Source: Parcubacteria group bacterium | GTDB lineage: Bacteria; Patescibacteriota; Minisyncoccia; Moranbacterales; UBA11712 | Assembly: GCA_041659685.1 (NCBI GenBank) | Contig: JBAZXV010000004.1 | Location: 6,355 to 70,354 of the forward strand | Length of the DNA stretch: 64,000 nucleotides | Reading direction: 5' to 3' | Part shown: piece by piece, positions 1-8,679 of the stretch | How positions within the stretch are numbered: the stretch's first letter is position 1 | Layout of the letters: each line of letters begins with the position of its first letter | Made by a program: the position numbers and the translations under genes | The notes under the pieces: model-generated | Databases searched by the model: none | Told to the model about the DNA's origin: nothing | What the model saw: only the letters and a program-made list of their open reading frames with translations

Positions 1-1
1 G

Positions 2-163
2 GCGCGAAAAGGAAGATTTTATGCGAAACCAAAAAGCCGCCGGCAAGTCCGGGAATCGGCCATGTATCGCTCCAAGATCAAAAAAGAAGTGGACAAGCTC
101 AAAAAAATGGGGAAGTTTGACGAGGAAGCGCTTCAAAGAATCAAGAAAAAACTGGGAGAATAG
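2..163 (+). CDS. rpsU: 30S ribosomal protein S21, C-terminal part (5' end outside window), with a ~35 aa C-terminal extension
   Basis: Frame-2 translation ARKGRFYAKPKSRRQV... matches the S21 C-terminal 'ARKREFYEKPS-KRK' motif; stop TAG at 161-163; yqeY directly downstream as in the B. subtilis rpsU-yqeY arrangement. The overlapping track ORF 21..260 is in another frame and is Arg-rich junk. Confidence 0.5.
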   Translation, partial: ARKGRFYAKPKSRRQVRESAMYRSKIKKEVDKLKKMGKFDEEALQRIKKKLGE

Positions 164-169
164 GGAACT

Positions 170-262
170 GCAGATTAAGCGCAGATTGTTTACAAATTTG
201 ACGCAGATTACGCAGATTTGTAAAAAATATCTGTGTAATTTGTGTGCAATCCGTTATTAATC
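170..262. repeat. ~90-nt element with words cgcagatt / acgcagat / atctgtgt / tttgtg; a second homologous copy is at 52506-52640
   Basis: Direct by-eye alignment of the two regions: cagattaaRcgcaga..ttacgcagat..aaatttg..atctgtgt..aatttgtg; same order and orientation in both. Confidence 0.5.
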
Positions 263-284
263 CGCGTAAAATCCGTCAAATCAT

Positions 285-737
285 ATGCTTCACGAGCAAA
301 TCAAAACCGATCTTATAGCGGCGCTTAAGTCCGGCGACAAAGAGAAGGCGGGTGTTTTGCGCTTCCTTATTTCGGCCGTAAAAAACTTTCAGATCGAGAA
401 GAAGGCCCAGGACAAAGAATATCTTTCCGACGAGGATGTCCTTTTGGTCATCACGCGTCAGGCGAAACAAAGGAAGGACTCAATCGAGGAGTATGCAAAA
501 GGAGGACGCGACGATCTGGCTCAAAAGGAAAGGGCGGAACTTGCAATCCTTGAAATTTATCTTCCTACCCGGATGAGCGAAGAAGAAGTGAAGAAAATTG
601 TTGATCAAAGGGCGGCGGAATTGGGGATTTCCGATAAATCAGGGTTTGGGAAATTGATGGGAGTGGCGATGAAGGATCTTCAAGGGAAAGCCGACGGCGC
701 GATCGTCAAAAAAATTGTTGAAGAAAAACTGTCATAA
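285..737 (+). CDS. yqeY: GatB/YqeY domain protein
   Basis: 150 aa; whole-length resemblance to the YqeY family (LKSGDKEK..LRFLISAVKN..EIYLP); sits after rpsU. Confidence 0.85.
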   Translation: MLHEQIKTDLIAALKSGDKEKAGVLRFLISAVKNFQIEKKAQDKEYLSDEDVLLVITRQAKQRKDSIEEYAKGGRDDLAQKERAELAILEIYLPTRMSEEEVKKIVDQRAAELGISDKSGFGKLMGVAMKDLQGKADGAIVKKIVEEKLS

Positions 738-875
738 AATAAATCGGCGGTAACTTTTTTATGCCGTCGCTAATTCAGAAATAATCCCGTTTCGCCGGGA
801 GCTTCATTCTGCCGCCTGCTTGTTTGCAGACATGCGACCGACAATAAAAAATTCTCTTTCGAGACAAAATCCGAG

Positions 876-1304
876 ATGGAAATAGAAGTTGCCAATAAAA
901 CAAGAAAAAGGATCAGCAAACTGCTTGTGCAGAAGGCGGTCCGAAAAACTCTCGATGTTTCAAAGAGCAATCGGGAGAATTTTTCTGTTTCCGTTGCTTT
1001 TGTGGAAAAAAGTGAAATTCGGCGGTTGAACCGGATTTATCGCAAAAAAAACAAGCCGACGGACACGCTTTCCTTCTCATACGATTCAGGTTATAATAAA
1101 AGAAAAAGAGTTTACTCGGGGGAACTTGTGCTCTGTCCGGAAATAATCTCAAAGCAGGCAAAGGAGAACAAGGTTGCTTTTCAAAAAGAACTGGTTTTCG
1201 TTTTGTCTCACGGGGTGTTGCATCTTCTCGGCATGAAACACGGGAAAAAAATGTATGAGGTGCAGGACAGGATTTCAAGTTTGAAATTTAAAGAATATAA
1301 TTGA
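876..1304 (+). CDS. ybeY: rRNA maturation endoribonuclease YbeY
   Basis: 142 aa; metal-binding H-x3-H-x5-H motif SHGVLHLLGMKH near the C-terminus; ybeY-dgkA adjacency. Confidence 0.85.
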   Translation: MEIEVANKTRKRISKLLVQKAVRKTLDVSKSNRENFSVSVAFVEKSEIRRLNRIYRKKNKPTDTLSFSYDSGYNKRKRVYSGELVLCPEIISKQAKENKVAFQKELVFVLSHGVLHLLGMKHGKKMYEVQDRISSLKFKEYN

Positions 1305-1307
1305 TCT

Positions 1308-1685
1308 GTGAATAATCTAAAAAAACTTTTTCGCAGTTTTGGTTGCGCTTTTCGCGGGCTGAAGTATATGCTCAGGAATGAGCAAAATTTTCAGTTGGAA
1401 ATTCTGCTGGCGATGCTGGTTGTGATATTTATGTTCATTTTTTCAATTCGCGGCTGGGAGAAAGTGGCTTTGTTTTTGGTTATTTTCTCGGTGCTTGTGA
1501 TGGAAATCATAAATACCATCCTTGAAAGGGTGGTTGACATACTGAAACCCCGGGTTCATCCCTATGCTCATCTCATAAAGGACGTGATGGCGGCGGCAGT
1601 GCTTCTGGCTTCGGTCGGGGCGGTCGTTGTCGGCGCAACCATATTTTATCCTTATTTTAAAGAATTATTATTGCAGGTCATCTGA
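1308..1685 (+). CDS. dgkA: diacylglycerol/undecaprenol kinase family membrane protein (GTG start)
   Basis: 125 aa, three TM helices, DgkA-like motifs (MEIINTILERVVD, HLIKDVMAAAVLLASVGA). Confidence 0.75.
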   Translation: MNNLKKLFRSFGCAFRGLKYMLRNEQNFQLEILLAMLVVIFMFIFSIRGWEKVALFLVIFSVLVMEIINTILERVVDILKPRVHPYAHLIKDVMAAAVLLASVGAVVVGATIFYPYFKELLLQVI

Positions 1686-1733
1686 TTTTTTTGTATAATT
1701 TTATCGGGACGCCTAATTTGTTGATTAAATACA

Positions 1734-2990
1734 ATGGGAAAGGGAGATATAATTGTCGGACTGGATGTGGGATCATCCAATATTAGAACGGTAATTCTTC
1801 AGAAATTCGAAGAAGAGGAAAAACCGCGCGTTATGGGTGTGGGAACGACTTCTTCTTTTGGCGTGCGCCGGGGAGTAGTGGCTGATATTGAAGAAACCAT
1901 TAAATCGATCGGAGAGGCTGTAAAAAATGCCGAGAGGACATCGGGAATCCCTGTTTCAAAGGCGGTGGTGAGTGTTGGCGGGAATCACATTAAATACCAG
2001 GAAAGTCAGGGCGTTGTAGCCATCGGAAAGGCGGACGGAGAAATTACAGGCGACGACGTCATGCGGTCGCTTACGGCGGCTGAGACAATATCTCTTCCTT
2101 CCAATGTGGAAATAATCCATGTCATTCCCAGAAGCTTTACGGTGGACGATCAAAAGAATATAAAAGATCCCGTCGGGATGAACGGGATAAGACTTGAAGT
2201 TAACGCCCTTTTGGTTCTGGGCTCTTCACCGGTTGTTAAAAACCTTTCCAAATGCGTATATCAATCCGGCGTTGAGATAGAGGACATGGCCTTTTCCGCT
2301 CTTGCCGCCGCCAAGGCCGCCCTTAACAAAAGGCAAAAGGAGCTGGGAGTGGTTCTGGTGGATATGGGCGGAGGAACTACGAATTTCGTCGTATACGAAG
2401 AAGGAGAACTTGTTCAGGTGGGAGTTATTCCCATCGGCGGAGGCCATATCACAAATGATGTGGCGATAGGCCTCAGGACTTCGATTGATGTGGCTGAAAA
2501 AGTGAAGGTGAATTACGGCTCGGCGCTTCCGGATGATATTAGCAAAAAAGATCAGATTAATTTGGCGGAAATAGACCAAAATGAAGAAGGCGAGGTTTCA
2601 CGGCATCACGTGGCTGAAATCATTGAGGCGCGGCTTGAAGAAATATTCACGATGATCGACAAGGAGCTCAGGAAAACAGGCCGGTCGGGAATGCTTCCGG
2701 CAGGAGCGTTGATCGTCGGCGGCGGAGCCAAACTTCCCGGAATTGTCGACCTTGCGAAGAAAATTTTGAGGCTCCCGGCTCAGACGGGTTTTCCGCTTGA
2801 ACTTGGGGGAATTGTTGACAAAGTTGACGAACCTGGGTTTATCACGGCTGTGGGGCTGGCTCTCTGGGGCATGGAAGAGCTTGCTGACGGGGGATCGGCA
2901 AAGGGAAGGATGCCGGGCATGAACAGTATCCCGAAAATGGGGCAGACAGTGGATAAGATGAAAGGATGGCTAAGGAAATTCTTACCCTAG
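1734..2990 (+). CDS. ftsA: cell division protein FtsA
   Basis: 418 aa; actin-fold motifs GLDVGSSNIRTV, VDMGGGTT, IVGGGAKLPGI; immediately upstream of ftsZ. Confidence 0.9.
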   Translation: MGKGDIIVGLDVGSSNIRTVILQKFEEEEKPRVMGVGTTSSFGVRRGVVADIEETIKSIGEAVKNAERTSGIPVSKAVVSVGGNHIKYQESQGVVAIGKADGEITGDDVMRSLTAAETISLPSNVEIIHVIPRSFTVDDQKNIKDPVGMNGIRLEVNALLVLGSSPVVKNLSKCVYQSGVEIEDMAFSALAAAKAALNKRQKELGVVLVDMGGGTTNFVVYEEGELVQVGVIPIGGGHITNDVAIGLRTSIDVAEKVKVNYGSALPDDISKKDQINLAEIDQNEEGEVSRHHVAEIIEARLEEIFTMIDKELRKTGRSGMLPAGALIVGGGAKLPGIVDLAKKILRLPAQTGFPLELGGIVDKVDEPGFITAVGLALWGMEELADGGSAKGRMPGMNSIPKMGQTVDKMKGWLRKFLP

Positions 2991-3000
2991 GCAAGAATTT

Positions 3001-3130
3001 CAAATCCTAAATCCTAAATCCGAAATCCGAACAATATCCAAATCCAAAAATAAAAATCAAAACATCTTGAATATTTGGGTATTTGAACTTTGGATTTGTT
3101 TAGGATTTGGCGCTTAGAATTTAGGATTTT
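3001..3130. repeat. long imperfect palindrome built from AAATCCTA-like tandem units (hairpin H1) between ftsA and ftsZ
   Basis: Left arm caaatcctaaatcctaaatccgaaatccgaa...atccaaatccaaa; right arm tttggatttgtttaggatttgg..aatttaggatttt is its reverse-complement counterpart. Confidence 0.6.
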
Positions 3131-3138
3131 TTAAGTTC

Positions 3139-3181
3139 TTGACACTTTTTAAGGCACTATGCTAGATTGACATACTGATAA
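3139..3181 (+). promoter_or_regulatory. possible ftsZ promoter region (two TTGACA hexamers, A/T-rich -10 candidates)
   Basis: ttgacac..tatgctagattgacatactgataat lies 25-65 nt upstream of the ftsZ ATG; the hexamer spacing is not ideal. Confidence 0.25.
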
Positions 3182-3204
3182 TTAAAAGGATTTTAGTAAA
3201 TTTT

Positions 3205-4443
3205 ATGGCGGAAATAAAACCAGATGTAGAAACGTTTGCCCGGATAAAGGTTGTCGGGGTTGGCGGATCGGGTGTCAACGCGATCAGCCGCATGATTGAG
3301 TGCAAACTCAAGGGTGTCGAATTTGTTGCGATAAACACTGACGCTCAGGCCCTTCATCATTCAAAAGCGCCGGAGAAAATACATATAGGAAAAAATTTGA
3401 CGAAGGGATTGGGGGCGGGGATGAATCCGGAAATAGGACGTCAGGCGGCGGAAGAAAACCGTGACGAAATTCACGAAGTCCTCAAGGGCGCGGACATGGT
3501 CTTTGTAACTTGCGGGCTGGGCGGAGGAACAGGCACTGGCGCTTCACCGGTTGTGGCTGAAGCCGCCAAGGAAGCCGGAGCCCTGACTATTGCTGTCGTC
3601 ACAAAGCCGTTCAGCTTTGAAGGCGCTCAGAGGAAGGCGATTGCTCATGAGGGTCTTGAAAATTTGAAAGACAGAGTGGACGCGCTCATCGTTGTTCCGA
3701 ATGACAGATTGCTTCAGATAATTGACCGGAAAACGACACTGGTAAACGCTTTCCGGGTTGTCGATGACATTCTCCGGCAAGGCGTTCAGGGAATATCCGA
3801 TCTCATAACCAAGCCCGGCATCGTTAATGTTGATTTTGCGGATGTGAGAGCGATTCTTCAGGATTCCGGATCAGCTCTTATGGGAATTGGAATCGCTTCG
3901 GGTGAAAACAGATCTTCTCAGGCTGCCAAGATGGCCATTAACAGCCCGCTTCTTGAGTTTTCTATTGACGGGGCCAAGGGCATTCTCTTTAATGTAAGCG
4001 GCGGCCCGGATGTCACCATGCTCGAAATTAATGAAGCGGCTAATATTATTACCGAAAGCATTGATCCCAACGCCAAGGTTATTTTCGGGGCCACTATTGA
4101 CGATTCAGCTAAGAAGGGAGAGATCAGCCTGACTGTTGTGGCGGCCGGATTTGATTCTGAAACCGTAAATGAATCTTCAATTATCACTGCCGCGAATCAT
4201 TCCCCGGCTTTTCAGGAGGCTAAAAAGAGCCTTTTTGATGAAGAAGAATCCTTGCCGGCTGTTCCGTCTCAGGTTTCTTCAGCATCCAAAATGGAAGAAA
4301 AGCCGAAATTCATCGTCGAGGAAAAAGTTTCCGATAAGCCCAAACGGAAAATTAATTTCGAATCGAAAGTAAGTTCAATTGGGGAAGACGAAGACGATGA
4401 ACTCGAAATCCCGGCGTTTATCAGAAGAAAAATGAAGAAATAG
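3205..4443 (+). CDS. ftsZ: cell division GTPase FtsZ
   Basis: 412 aa; tubulin signature GGGTGTG ([15 protein letters not shown]), [16 protein letters not shown]; acidic C-terminal tail ending IPAFIRRK. Confidence 0.95.
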   Translation: MAEIKPDVETFARIKVVGVGGSGVNAISRMIECKLKGVEFVAINTDAQALHHSKAPEKIHIGKNLTKGLGAGMNPEIGRQAAEENRDEIHEVLKGADMVFVTCGLGGGTGTGASPVVAEAAKEAGALTIAVVTKPFSFEGAQRKAIAHEGLENLKDRVDALIVVPNDRLLQIIDRKTTLVNAFRVVDDILRQGVQGISDLITKPGIVNVDFADVRAILQDSGSALMGIGIASGENRSSQAAKMAINSPLLEFSIDGAKGILFNVSGGPDVTMLEINEAANIITESIDPNAKVIFGATIDDSAKKGEISLTVVAAGFDSETVNESSIITAANHSPAFQEAKKSLFDEEESLPAVPSQVSSASKMEEKPKFIVEEKVSDKPKRKINFESKVSSIGEDEDDELEIPAFIRRKMKK

Positions 4444-4526
4444 ATTTACTCTGTTGAATCTGGCGGAAGAACGGCGGCTGACAACTATTTAACAGAGCGA
4501 ATTGTGGATAACTCAGAATTTTACGA

Positions 4527-4556
4527 TAAAAAAGCCTGTTTGACAGGCTTTTTGCA
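4527..4556 (+). terminator. rho-independent terminator after ftsZ
   Basis: aaaaaagcctgtttgacaggcttttt: 7-bp stem agcctgt/acaggct, 4-nt loop, T-run. Confidence 0.6.
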
Positions 4557-4642
4557 ATTGTGGTAAAATTCCTTTCAGGAACACAAGATGTAGTGTAAAA
4601 AGGGGTTCTTCGGATCTCCCTTCTTAATTCTCAAAAATTAGA

Positions 4643-4709
4643 ATTGAGATGTGAGAGTGAGATATGAGAAATTATTCAGACTCACTCCTCAAATCTCTAT
4701 CTCATCTCT
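4643..4709. repeat. imperfect palindrome H2 (gagatRtgag words) immediately upstream of nrdR
   Basis: Left arm gagatgtgagagtgagatatgag, right arm ctcactcctcaaatctctatctcatctc; shares words with H3 (cctcaaatctc, ctctatctca). Confidence 0.55.
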
Positions 4710-4715
4710 AAAATT

Positions 4716-5168
4716 ATGGTTTGTCCTTTCTGCAGTCATATAGAAACAAAAGTGATAGACTCCCGGGAATCCGGCGACGGAAAAGTTATTCGCCGGCGGC
4801 GGGAATGCCTGAAATGCAGGAAGCGCTTCAGTACGTATGAACAGTTAGAGCTTCTGAATTTTGTGGTCATGAAGAAAGACGGGCGAAAGGAGGATTACAA
4901 AAGAGAAAAACTTGAGATGGGAATTAAAAAGGCGCTTGAAAAAAGGCCGGTGGAAGACAGAAAAATAGAGGAAATGGTTGATGAGATTGAATATAAGCTT
5001 CATCAGAAAGGGGATTGCGGCATTTCTTCGAAAGAAATCGGCGGATTGGTTCTGGAAAGATTGAAGGCAATTGACGATGTGGCGTACCTGCGTTTCGTCT
5101 CGGTCTATAAATCTTTTGGCAGCGCAGAAAGCTTTAAGAAAGAAGCGGAGAAACTTTCACAAAGTTGA
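4716..5168 (+). CDS. nrdR: transcriptional repressor NrdR
   Basis: 150 aa; N-terminal zinc ribbon CPFC...CLKC followed by an ATP-cone; MVCPFCSHIETKVIDSR is near-canonical NrdR. Confidence 0.9.
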   Translation: MVCPFCSHIETKVIDSRESGDGKVIRRRRECLKCRKRFSTYEQLELLNFVVMKKDGRKEDYKREKLEMGIKKALEKRPVEDRKIEEMVDEIEYKLHQKGDCGISSKEIGGLVLERLKAIDDVAYLRFVSVYKSFGSAESFKKEAEKLSQS

Positions 5169-5235
5169 GAATCGAGATAGAGATATGAGATCAGAAAATA
5201 ATTTCTTTCAACTCTCTATCTCAAATCTCATGTCT
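5167..5235. repeat. imperfect palindrome H3 between nrdR and nrdD, related to H2
   Basis: gagaatcgagatagagatatgagatc ... caactctctatctcaaatctcatgtc. Confidence 0.55.
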
Positions 5236-5266
5236 AATTTCTAATTTCGGGGGTGAAAACAAAAAA

Positions 5267-7468
5267 ATGATTGCAGTTAAAAAGGGTCAAAAAATGGTCA
5301 GTAAAAAAGAAAGATCCGCCTCAGGCAGGGAGGGTTGCGTTGATCGGGTAGTGAAGCGCGACGGGCGCGTCGTTAAGTTTGAACAGGAAAAAATCACCAA
5401 AGCTGTGATGAAATCTTTCGCGGAAACGGGCGAGGGCAAAGAAGCGGATGCGAAAAAAGTTTCTTCGAAGGTAGTCCAGCTCCTTAATAAAAATTACAAA
5501 AAAGGAAACGTTCCTGAAATCGAGGAAATTCAGGATCTCGTGGAGCGCGTTCTCATGATCCTGGACTTCGAGGAAACCGCTAAAGCCTATATCCTTTATC
5601 GTGAACAGCATCGGAAAATTCGCGAATCGGAAGAAGCGCTTAAGGAAGCGGTGGATCTCGTCGACAAATATATAAAGGAAATCGATTGGCAGGTGAAAGA
5701 AAATGCCAACATGAGTTATTCCCTTCAGGGCCTTAATAACTACATTTCTTCAATTGTCAGCTCAAAATATTGGCTAAACCGCGTTTATTCAAAAGCCATT
5801 CGCGATGCGCACGACGAGGGAGATTTTCATATTCATGATCTCGACAAAATCGCCGCCTACTGCTGCGGCTGGGATCTTCAGGATCTGCTCCGCCGCGGTT
5901 TTACCGGAGTTCCCGGGAAAATCGCCTGCAAACCGCCTAAACACCTCCGAACAACTATCGGGCAGATGGTTAACTTTTTCTATACTCTCCAGGGAGAAGT
6001 GGCAGGTGCGGAAGCATTTTCTAATTTTGACACTCTTTTGGCTCCGTTTGTAAGATACGACGGACTTTCTTTCAAGGAGGTGAAGCAATGCATGCAGGAA
6101 TTCGTTTTTAATGTCAATGTTCCCACCCGGGTCGGATTCCAAACGCCTTTCACGAATATCACCCTGGACATCGTTCCTCCAAAAAATATGGCGGAAGAAT
6201 CGGTGATTATCGGCGGAGTGCCGCAAAAGGAAAAATACGGGGAATTTCAGGAAGAAATGAATATGATAAACAAAGCTTTCGCCGAAGTAATGGCGGAAGG
6301 CGATGCCAACGGGCGGGTTTTCACTTTTCCGATTCCGACCTATAACATCACCCGGGATTTCAATTGGGACGATGAGCACCTGAAGCCTATTTGGGAGATG
6401 ACTGCCAAATATGGCATTCCCTATTTTGCCAATTTCATCAATTCGGATATGGATCCCGACGACGCGCGTTCGATGTGCTGCCGGCTCAGGATAGACAATC
6501 GCGAACTTCATAAGCGAGGAGGCGGACTTTTTGGCGCCAACCCTTTGACCGGTTCGATCGGCGTTGTCACAATTAACCTGGCCCGCATTGGATATTTGGC
6601 GAAGAAAGAATCCAAGAGCAAAGCGGCCGGCAAGAAAGATTTCTACGCGCGGATTGACAAAATAATGGATCTTGCCAAGGAAAGCCTTGAGACAAAAAGA
6701 AAAATCATCGACAGCTTCATGAAGAAGGGACTTTACCCTTACGCGAGATTTTATCTGGACAGCATCTATAAGCGCCGGGGAAATTACTGGGCTAACCATT
6801 TTTCAACAATCGGAATTATCGGGATGAATGAGGCTCTTAAAAATTTCATGGGAGAAACTACGGCAACTGAAAAAGGGATAAAATTTGCCGAAGAAGTTCT
6901 GATTCATATGCGCGAAAGGCTCGTAAAATATCAGGAAGAAACAGGGAATCTTTATAATCTTGAAGCGACTCCGGGCGAAGGAACTTCTTACCGGCTTGCC
7001 ATAAAAGATCGCAAAAAATATCCCGATATGATATTTGCGAACGGTCAAATCGGAGAAAACGATAAGATCGAACCCTACTACACAAATTCCACCCAGCTTC
7101 CCGTCGGGCACACCGATGATTTCTTCGAGGCGCTGCAGCTCCAGGAACCGCTTCAGACGAAATACACCGGCGGAACGGTTTTGCATGGCTTTATGGGGGA
7201 AAGAATCGAAGACATCGAAACAACAAAAAAACTAGTGAGGACAGTTTCCGAAAAATACGCCCTTCCTTACTTTACTTTATCTCCGACCTTCAGCATCTGC
7301 CCGTCGCACGGGTATCTGGTTGGAGAACATGAATTTTGCCCCAAATGCGTTGTGGAGCAAAAGTGCGAAGTTTACTCCCGAATCGTCGGCTATATCCGTC
7401 CCGTTGAACAATGGAACAAAGGCAAGGCGACGGAATATGGAGACCGAAAAGAATTTGTGGTCGGATAA
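5267..7468 (+). CDS. nrdD: anaerobic ribonucleoside-triphosphate reductase, class III
   Basis: 733 aa; N-terminal ATP-cone; CCGWDL motif; C-terminal Zn ribbon CPSHGY..CPKC; glycyl-radical motif SRIVGYIRPV. Confidence 0.92.
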   Translation: MIAVKKGQKMVSKKERSASGREGCVDRVVKRDGRVVKFEQEKITKAVMKSFAETGEGKEADAKKVSSKVVQLLNKNYKKGNVPEIEEIQDLVERVLMILDFEETAKAYILYREQHRKIRESEEALKEAVDLVDKYIKEIDWQVKENANMSYSLQGLNNYISSIVSSKYWLNRVYSKAIRDAHDEGDFHIHDLDKIAAYCCGWDLQDLLRRGFTGVPGKIACKPPKHLRTTIGQMVNFFYTLQGEVAGAEAFSNFDTLLAPFVRYDGLSFKEVKQCMQEFVFNVNVPTRVGFQTPFTNITLDIVPPKNMAEESVIIGGVPQKEKYGEFQEEMNMINKAFAEVMAEGDANGRVFTFPIPTYNITRDFNWDDEHLKPIWEMTAKYGIPYFANFINSDMDPDDARSMCCRLRIDNRELHKRGGGLFGANPLTGSIGVVTINLARIGYLAKKESKSKAAGKKDFYARIDKIMDLAKESLETKRKIIDSFMKKGLYPYARFYLDSIYKRRGNYWANHFSTIGIIGMNEALKNFMGETTATEKGIKFAEEVLIHMRERLVKYQEETGNLYNLEATPGEGTSYRLAIKDRKKYPDMIFANGQIGENDKIEPYYTNSTQLPVGHTDDFFEALQLQEPLQTKYTGGTVLHGFMGERIEDIETTKKLVRTVSEKYALPYFTLSPTFSICPSHGYLVGEHEFCPKCVVEQKCEVYSRIVGYIRPVEQWNKGKATEYGDRKEFVVG

Positions 7469-7475
7469 TTTTCTC

Positions 7476-7565
7476 GAAACGCGCAACTCGTAACGCATAA
7501 CGATTTTTCTAAGATGATCTTCAATCGGGCGTTTCGGGTTGCGCGTTATGCGTTATGCGTTATGC
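7476..7565. repeat. imperfect palindrome H4 (cgttatg tandem units) between nrdD and nrdG
   Basis: cgaaacgcgcaactcgtaacgcataacg ... cgtttcgggttgcgcgttatgcgttatgcgttatgcg; the arms are reverse complements. Confidence 0.6.
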
Positions 7566-7572
7566 GTTATGC

Positions 7573-8275
7573 GAAAAATATGATTATCGGAGGACTCCAA
7601 AAACTGACCCTTATTGATTATCCCGGTCACATCGCGGCCACGGTTTTTACCGTGGGCTGTAATTTTCGCTGTCCGTTTTGCCATAATCCCGAACTCGTGG
7701 AACATGGAAAATGGAACATGGAACGCAAAATAGAAGAAGAGTTCTTCCAATTGTTGAGAGAAAGGCAGGGGAAGCTCGAAGGCGTGTGTATCACTGGCGG
7801 GGAACCGACGATTCAGCCTGATATCATTGATTTTATCCGAAAAATAAAGGAGCTGGGATTCAAAGTAAAATTGGATACAAACGGAACACGGCCAGACGTT
7901 TTGAGGCTTTTATATGCCCAAAATTTGCTCGATTATACGGCTATGGACATCAAAAATTCACTGGAAAATTACGCCAAAACAGCGAATAATAATCTGGACA
8001 TCGAGCGTATCAAACTAAGCGTGAATCTTATCAGAAATTCTGGCGTTGATTATGAATTTCGAACCACAGTTGTTCCGGGTTTGCATAAAGAAGGAGATTT
8101 TGAGAAAATAGGAAAATGGCTTGAAGGCGTGAAAAAATATGTATTGCAAGCCTACGAAGACAAGGGGAAAATTCTGGATCCGAATCTGAAGAAGAGAATA
8201 AAAGGGAAAAAGATGGATTTGGAGAAAATAGGAAAAAATATTGAAAAGTATTTTGGGAAAGTGGAGATTAGATGA
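7573..8275 (+). CDS. nrdG: anaerobic ribonucleotide reductase activating protein (radical SAM)
   Basis: CNFRCPFCHN CxxxCxxC cluster; typical NrdG N-terminus MIIGGLQKLTLIDYPG. The track ORF starts at 7514 inside hairpin H4; the ATG at 7573 is preferred. Confidence 0.85.
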
Positions 8276-8276
8276 A

Positions 8277-8378
8277 CTCAAAATTCAAAACGCAAAACTC
8301 AAAGCTACAGCGCAAAGCTAAAAACTTTTTTGAAATTTTGAATTTTGAACTGTAGCTTTGCACTTTGCGCTCAAATTC
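8277..8378. repeat. imperfect palindrome H5 after nrdG; homologous to H6 at 48422-48526
   Basis: ctcaaaattcaaaacgcaaaactcaaagctacagcgcaaagctaaaaac ... gaactgtagctttgcactttgcgctcaaattc; shares long words with H6 (ctcaaagcta, agcgcaaa, ctttgcgct). Confidence 0.6.
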
Positions 8379-8633
8379 ATGTTCAAAAAACTCTTCCTAA
8401 TTATCATAATTCTCGCAGTCGCCGTCGTCTGGCTTGGCGGTATTTTCTCAGTTTATTTTTCACCTTTTTCTTTTACGATTCAAAAACCGGAAAAGGATTT
8501 TATGAAAAAAGTTGTTCGAAAAATCGAAGGATTCGTTTACCGGGAAGCAACCGAGCATAATCCGGCAGGAGATATGCTTCCCGACCAGATAGACGATAAT
8601 ATTAAAAAAGAAATCAAGGACAGGGTGAATTGA
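8379..8633 (+). CDS. small membrane-anchored hypothetical protein
   Basis: ORF with an N-terminal TM helix (MFKKLFLIIIILAVAVVWLGGIF); no recognisable family. Confidence 0.4.
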   Translation: MFKKLFLIIIILAVAVVWLGGIFSVYFSPFSFTIQKPEKDFMKKVVRKIEGFVYREATEHNPAGDMLPDQIDDNIKKEIKDRVN

Positions 8634-8679
8634 GATATTCGCAAACGATTTCAATTTTGAAAGAAAATAATTTGAACAT

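Noticed and set aside
21-260. 79-aa track ORF at the window start
   Set aside because: It spans the repeated intergenic element and is just an Arg/Lys-rich translation of A-rich DNA. The frame-2 reading (2-163) gives a credible S21 C-terminus instead.
5169-5266. Canonical NrdR boxes upstream of nrdD, nrdR and nrdG
   Set aside because: A by-eye search for acaCwAtATaTwGtgt-type 16-mers found none; only the H2/H3 palindromes are present. This was reported as a finding instead of annotating NrdR boxes.
5789-6799. 336-aa minus-strand ORF, one of many long antisense ORFs
   Set aside because: Other examples are 17826-18608, 18975-19514, 20823-21491, 38140-38748, 42768-43217, 44775-45272, 49601-50215, 55748-56233 and 63380-63805. 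Each lies entirely inside a confidently identified gene on the opposite strand (nrdD, adk, thyA, HD, ABC, propeller, GW proteins, tuf) and has no recognisable family. They are treated as antisense artefacts.
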